Positions 60,408 through 64,000 of a DNA stretch of 64,000 bases are shown here, piece by piece. Both the position numbers and the translations under genes were made by a program. The notes under the pieces were generated by a model, which ran no database searches, was not told where the DNA came from, and was given only the letters and a program-made list of their open reading frames with translations. The first letter of the stretch is position 1. Every line of letters begins with the position of its first letter. The DNA lies in the NCBI GenBank assembly GCA_964016885.1, contig OZ024766.1, positions 8,246,001 to 8,310,000 on the forward strand, in the 5' to 3' direction. This DNA is from Eledone cirrhosa. Taxonomy: Eukaryota.

Positions 60408-63400
60408 CCAGTGGTGATGTTGATGGTATGGAAGGCTCCAGTGGTGGTGTTGATGGTATGGAAGGCTCTAGTGGTGGTGTTGATGGTATGGAAGGCTCTA
60501 GTGGTGGTGTTGATGGTATGGAAGGCTCCAGTGGTGGTGTTGATGGTATGGAAGGCTCCAGTGGTGGTGTTGATGGTATGGAAGGCTCTAGTGGTGGTGT
60601 TGATGGTATGGAAGGCTCCAGTGGTGGTGTTGATGGTATGGAAGGCTCCAGTGGTGGTGTTGATGGTATGGAAGGCTCCAGTGGTGGTGTTGATGGTATG
60701 GAAGGCTCCAGTGGTGGTGTTGATGGTATGGAAGGCTCCAGTGGTGGTGTTGATGGTATGGAAGGCTCCAGTGGTGGTGTTGATGGTATGGAAGGCTCCA
60801 GTGGTGGTGTTGATGGTATGGAAGGCTCCAGTGGTGGTGTTGATGGTATGGAAGGCTCCAGTGGTGGTGTTGATGGTATGGAAGGCTCCAGTGGTGGTGT
60901 TGATGGTATGGAAGGTTCCAGTGGTGGTGTTGATGGTATGGAAGGCTCCAGTGGTGGTGTTGATGGTATGGAAGGCTCCAGTGGTGGTGTTGATGGTATG
61001 GAAGGCTCCAGTGGTGGTGTTGATGGTATGGAAGGTTCCAGTGGTGGTGTTGATGGTATGGAAGGCTCCAGTGGTGGTGTTGATGGTATGGAAGGTTCCA
61101 GTGGTGGTGTTGATGGTATGGAAGGCTCCAGTGGTGGTGTTGATGGTATGGAAGGCTCCAGTGGTGGTGTTGATGGTATGGAAGGCTCCAGTGGTGGTGT
61201 TGATGGTATGGAAGGTTCCAGTGGTGGTGTTGATGGTATGGAAGGCTCCAGTGGTGGTGTTGATGGTATGGAAGGCTCCAGTGGTGGTGTTGATGGTATG
61301 GAAGGCTCCAGTGGTGGTGTTGATGGTATGGAAGGCTCCAGTGGTGGTGTTGATGGTATGGAAGGCTCCAGTGGTGGTGTTGATGGTATGGAAGGTTCCA
61401 GTGGTGGTGTTGATGGTATGGAAGGTTCCAGTGGTGGTGTTGATGGTATGGAAGGCTCCAGTGGTGGTGTTGATGGTATGGAAGGCTCCAGTGGTGGTGT
61501 TGATGGTATGGAAGGCTCCAGTGGTGGTGTTGATGGTATGGAAGGCTCCAGTGGTGGTGTTGATGGTATGGAAGGCTCCAGTGGTGGTGTTGATGGTATG
61601 GAAGGCTCCAGTGGTGGTGTTGATGGTATGGAAGGCTCCAGTGGTGGTGTTGATGGTATGGAAGGTTCCAGTGGTGGTGTTGATGGTATGGAAGGCTCCA
61701 GTGGTGGTGTTGATGGTATGGAAGGTTCCAGTGGTGGTGTTGATGGTATGGAAGGCTCCAGTGGTGGTGTTGATGGTATGGAAGGTTCCAGTGGTGGTGT
61801 TGATGGTATGGAAGGCTCCAGTGGTGGTGTTGATGGTATGGAAGGCTCTAGTGGTGGTGTTGATGGTATGGAAGGCCGCAGTGGTGGTGTTGATGGTATG
61901 GAAGGTTCCAGTGGTGGTGTTGATGGTATGGAAGGCTCCAGTGGTGGTGTTGATGGTATGGAAGGTTCCAGTGGTGGTGTTGATGGTATGGAAGGTTCCA
62001 GTGGTGGTGTTGATGGTATGGAAGGCTCCAGTGGTGGTGTTGATGGTATGGAAGGCTCCAGTGGTGGTGTTGATGGTATGGAAGGCCCCAGTGGTGGTGT
62101 TGATGGTATGGAAGGCTCTAGTGGTGGTGTTGATGGTGTGGAAGGCTCCAGTGGTGGTGTTGATGGTATGGAAGGCTCCAGTGGTGGTGTTGATGGTATG
62201 GAAGGCTCCAGTGGTGGTGTTGATGGTATGGAAGGCTCCAGTGGTGGTGTTGATGGTATGGAAGGCTCCAGTGGTGGTGTTGATGGTATGGAAGGTTCCA
62301 GTGGTGGTGTTGATGGTATGGAAGGTTCCAGTGGTGGTGTTGATGGTATGGAAGGCTCCAGTGGTGGTGTTGATGGTATGGAAGGTTCCAGTGGTGGTGT
62401 TGATGGTATGGAAGGCTCCAGTGGTGGTGTTGATGGTATGGAAGGCTCTAGTGGTGGTGTTGATGGTATGGAAGGCCGCAGTGGTGGTGTTGATGGTATG
62501 GAAGGTTCCAGTGGTGGTGTTGATGGTATGGAAGGCTCCAGTGGTGGTGTTGATGGTATGGAAGGTTCCAGTGGTGGTGTTGATGGTATGGAAGGTTCCA
62601 GTGGTGGTGTTGATGGTATGGAAGGCTCCAGTGGTGGTGTTGATGGTATGGAAGGCTCCAGTGGTGGTGTTGATGGTATGGAAGGTTCCAGTGGTGGTGT
62701 TGATGGTATGGAAGGCTCTAGTGGTGGTGTTGATGGTATGGAAGGCCGCAGTGGTGGTGTTGATGGTATGGAAGGTTCCAGTGGTGGTGTTGATGGTATG
62801 GAAGGCTCCAGTGGTGGTGTTGATGGTATGGAAGGTTCCAGTGGTGGTGTTGATGGTATGGAAGGTTCCAGTGGTGGTGTTGATGGTATGGAAGGCTCCA
62901 GTGGTGGTGTTGATGGTATGGAAGGCTCCAGTGGTGGTGTTGATGGTATGGAAGGCCCCAGTGGTGGTGTTGATGGTATGGAAGGCCCCAGTGGTGGTGT
63001 TGATGGTGTGGAAGGCTCCAGTGGTGGTGTTGATGGTGTGGAAGGCTCCAGTGGTGGTGTTGATGGTATGGAAGGCTCCAGTGGTGGTGTTGATGGTATG
63101 GAAGGCTCCAGTGGTGGTGTTGATGGTATGGAAGGCTCCAGTGGTGGTGTTGATGGTATGGAAGGTTCCAGTGGTGGTGTTGATGGTATGGAAGGTTCCA
63201 GTGGTGGTGTTGATGGTATGGAAGGCTCCAGTGGTGGTGTTGATGGTATGGAAGGCTCCAGTGGTGGTGTTGATGGTATGGAAGGCTCCAGTGGTGGTGT
63301 TGATGGTATGGAAGGCTCCAGTGGTGGTGTTGATGGTATGGAAGGCTCCAGTGGTGGTGTTGATGGTATGGAAGGTTCCAGTGGTGGTGTTGATGGTGTG

Positions 63401-64000
63401 GAAGGCTCCAGTGGTGGTGTTGATGGTGTGGAAGGCTCCAGTGGTGGTGTTGATGGTATGGAAGGCTCCAGTTGTGGTGTTGATGGTATGGAAGGTTCCA
63501 GTGGTGGTGTTGATGGTATGGAAGGCTCCAGTGGTGGTGTTGATGGTATGGAAGGCTCCAGTGGTGGTGTTGATGGTATGGAAGGTTCCAGTGGTGGTGT
63601 TGATGGTATGGAAGGTTCCAGTGGTGGTGTTGATGGTATGGAAGGTTCCAGTGGTGGTGTTGATGGTATGGAAGGTTCCAGTGGTGGTGTTGATGGTGTG
63701 GAAGGCTCCAGTGGTGGTGTTGATGGTATGGAAGGTTCCAGTGGTGGTGTTGATGGTATGGAAGGTTCCAGTGGTGGTGTTGATGGTGTGGAAGGCTCCA
63801 GTGGTGGTGTTGATGGTATGGAAGGCTCCAGTGGTGGTGTTGATGGTATGGAAGGCTCCAGTGGTGGTGTTGATGGTATGGAAGGCTCCAGTCGTGGTGT
63901 TGATGGTATGGAAGGTTCCAGTGGTGGTGTTGATGGTATGGAAGGTTCCAGTGGTGGTGTTGATGGTATGGAAGGCTCCAGTGGTGGTGTTGATGGTATG
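60408..64000. repeat. 30-bp minisatellite (tgatggtatggaaggctccagtggtggtgt, ~120 copies, runs off the window)
   Basis: Direct reading; perfectly phased with no indels. Confidence 0.97.

Noticed and set aside
58884-64000. CRISPR-like appearance of regular 24-bp and 30-bp repeats
   Set aside because: Units are contiguous with no unique spacers, there are no cas genes, and the context is eukaryotic.

Overview
AT-rich, repeat-dense animal genomic DNA, most likely from an octopod cephalopod (inferred from the huge (TA)n/(TATG)n tracts and the SINE and RTE-LINE families). Nearly all long ORFs in the supplied track are repeat artefacts. Reading splice sites by hand gives two head-to-head genes. (1) A 21-coding-exon minus-strand gene (ATG 48799 to TAA 689, 3705 nt, about 1234 aa, all intron phases compatible; the last exon is less certain). 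It resembles HPS6, a BLOC-2 subunit for lysosome-related organelle and pigment granule biogenesis, and carries an in-frame ~300-residue polyglutamine insertion in exon 4. (2) The first seven coding exons of a plus-strand gene (ATG 49885) whose N-terminus resembles AHI1/jouberin. Both assignments rest on recalled human sequences, not a database search. The introns hold several minimal hammerhead ribozymes of the Penelope-like-element type, some as inverted pairs in long fold-back palindromes. They also hold CORE-type SINEs, RTE, Tx1/L1 and CRE-type LINE fragments, MITE-like hairpins, and many minisatellites that arose by tandem amplification of pieces of those retroelements.
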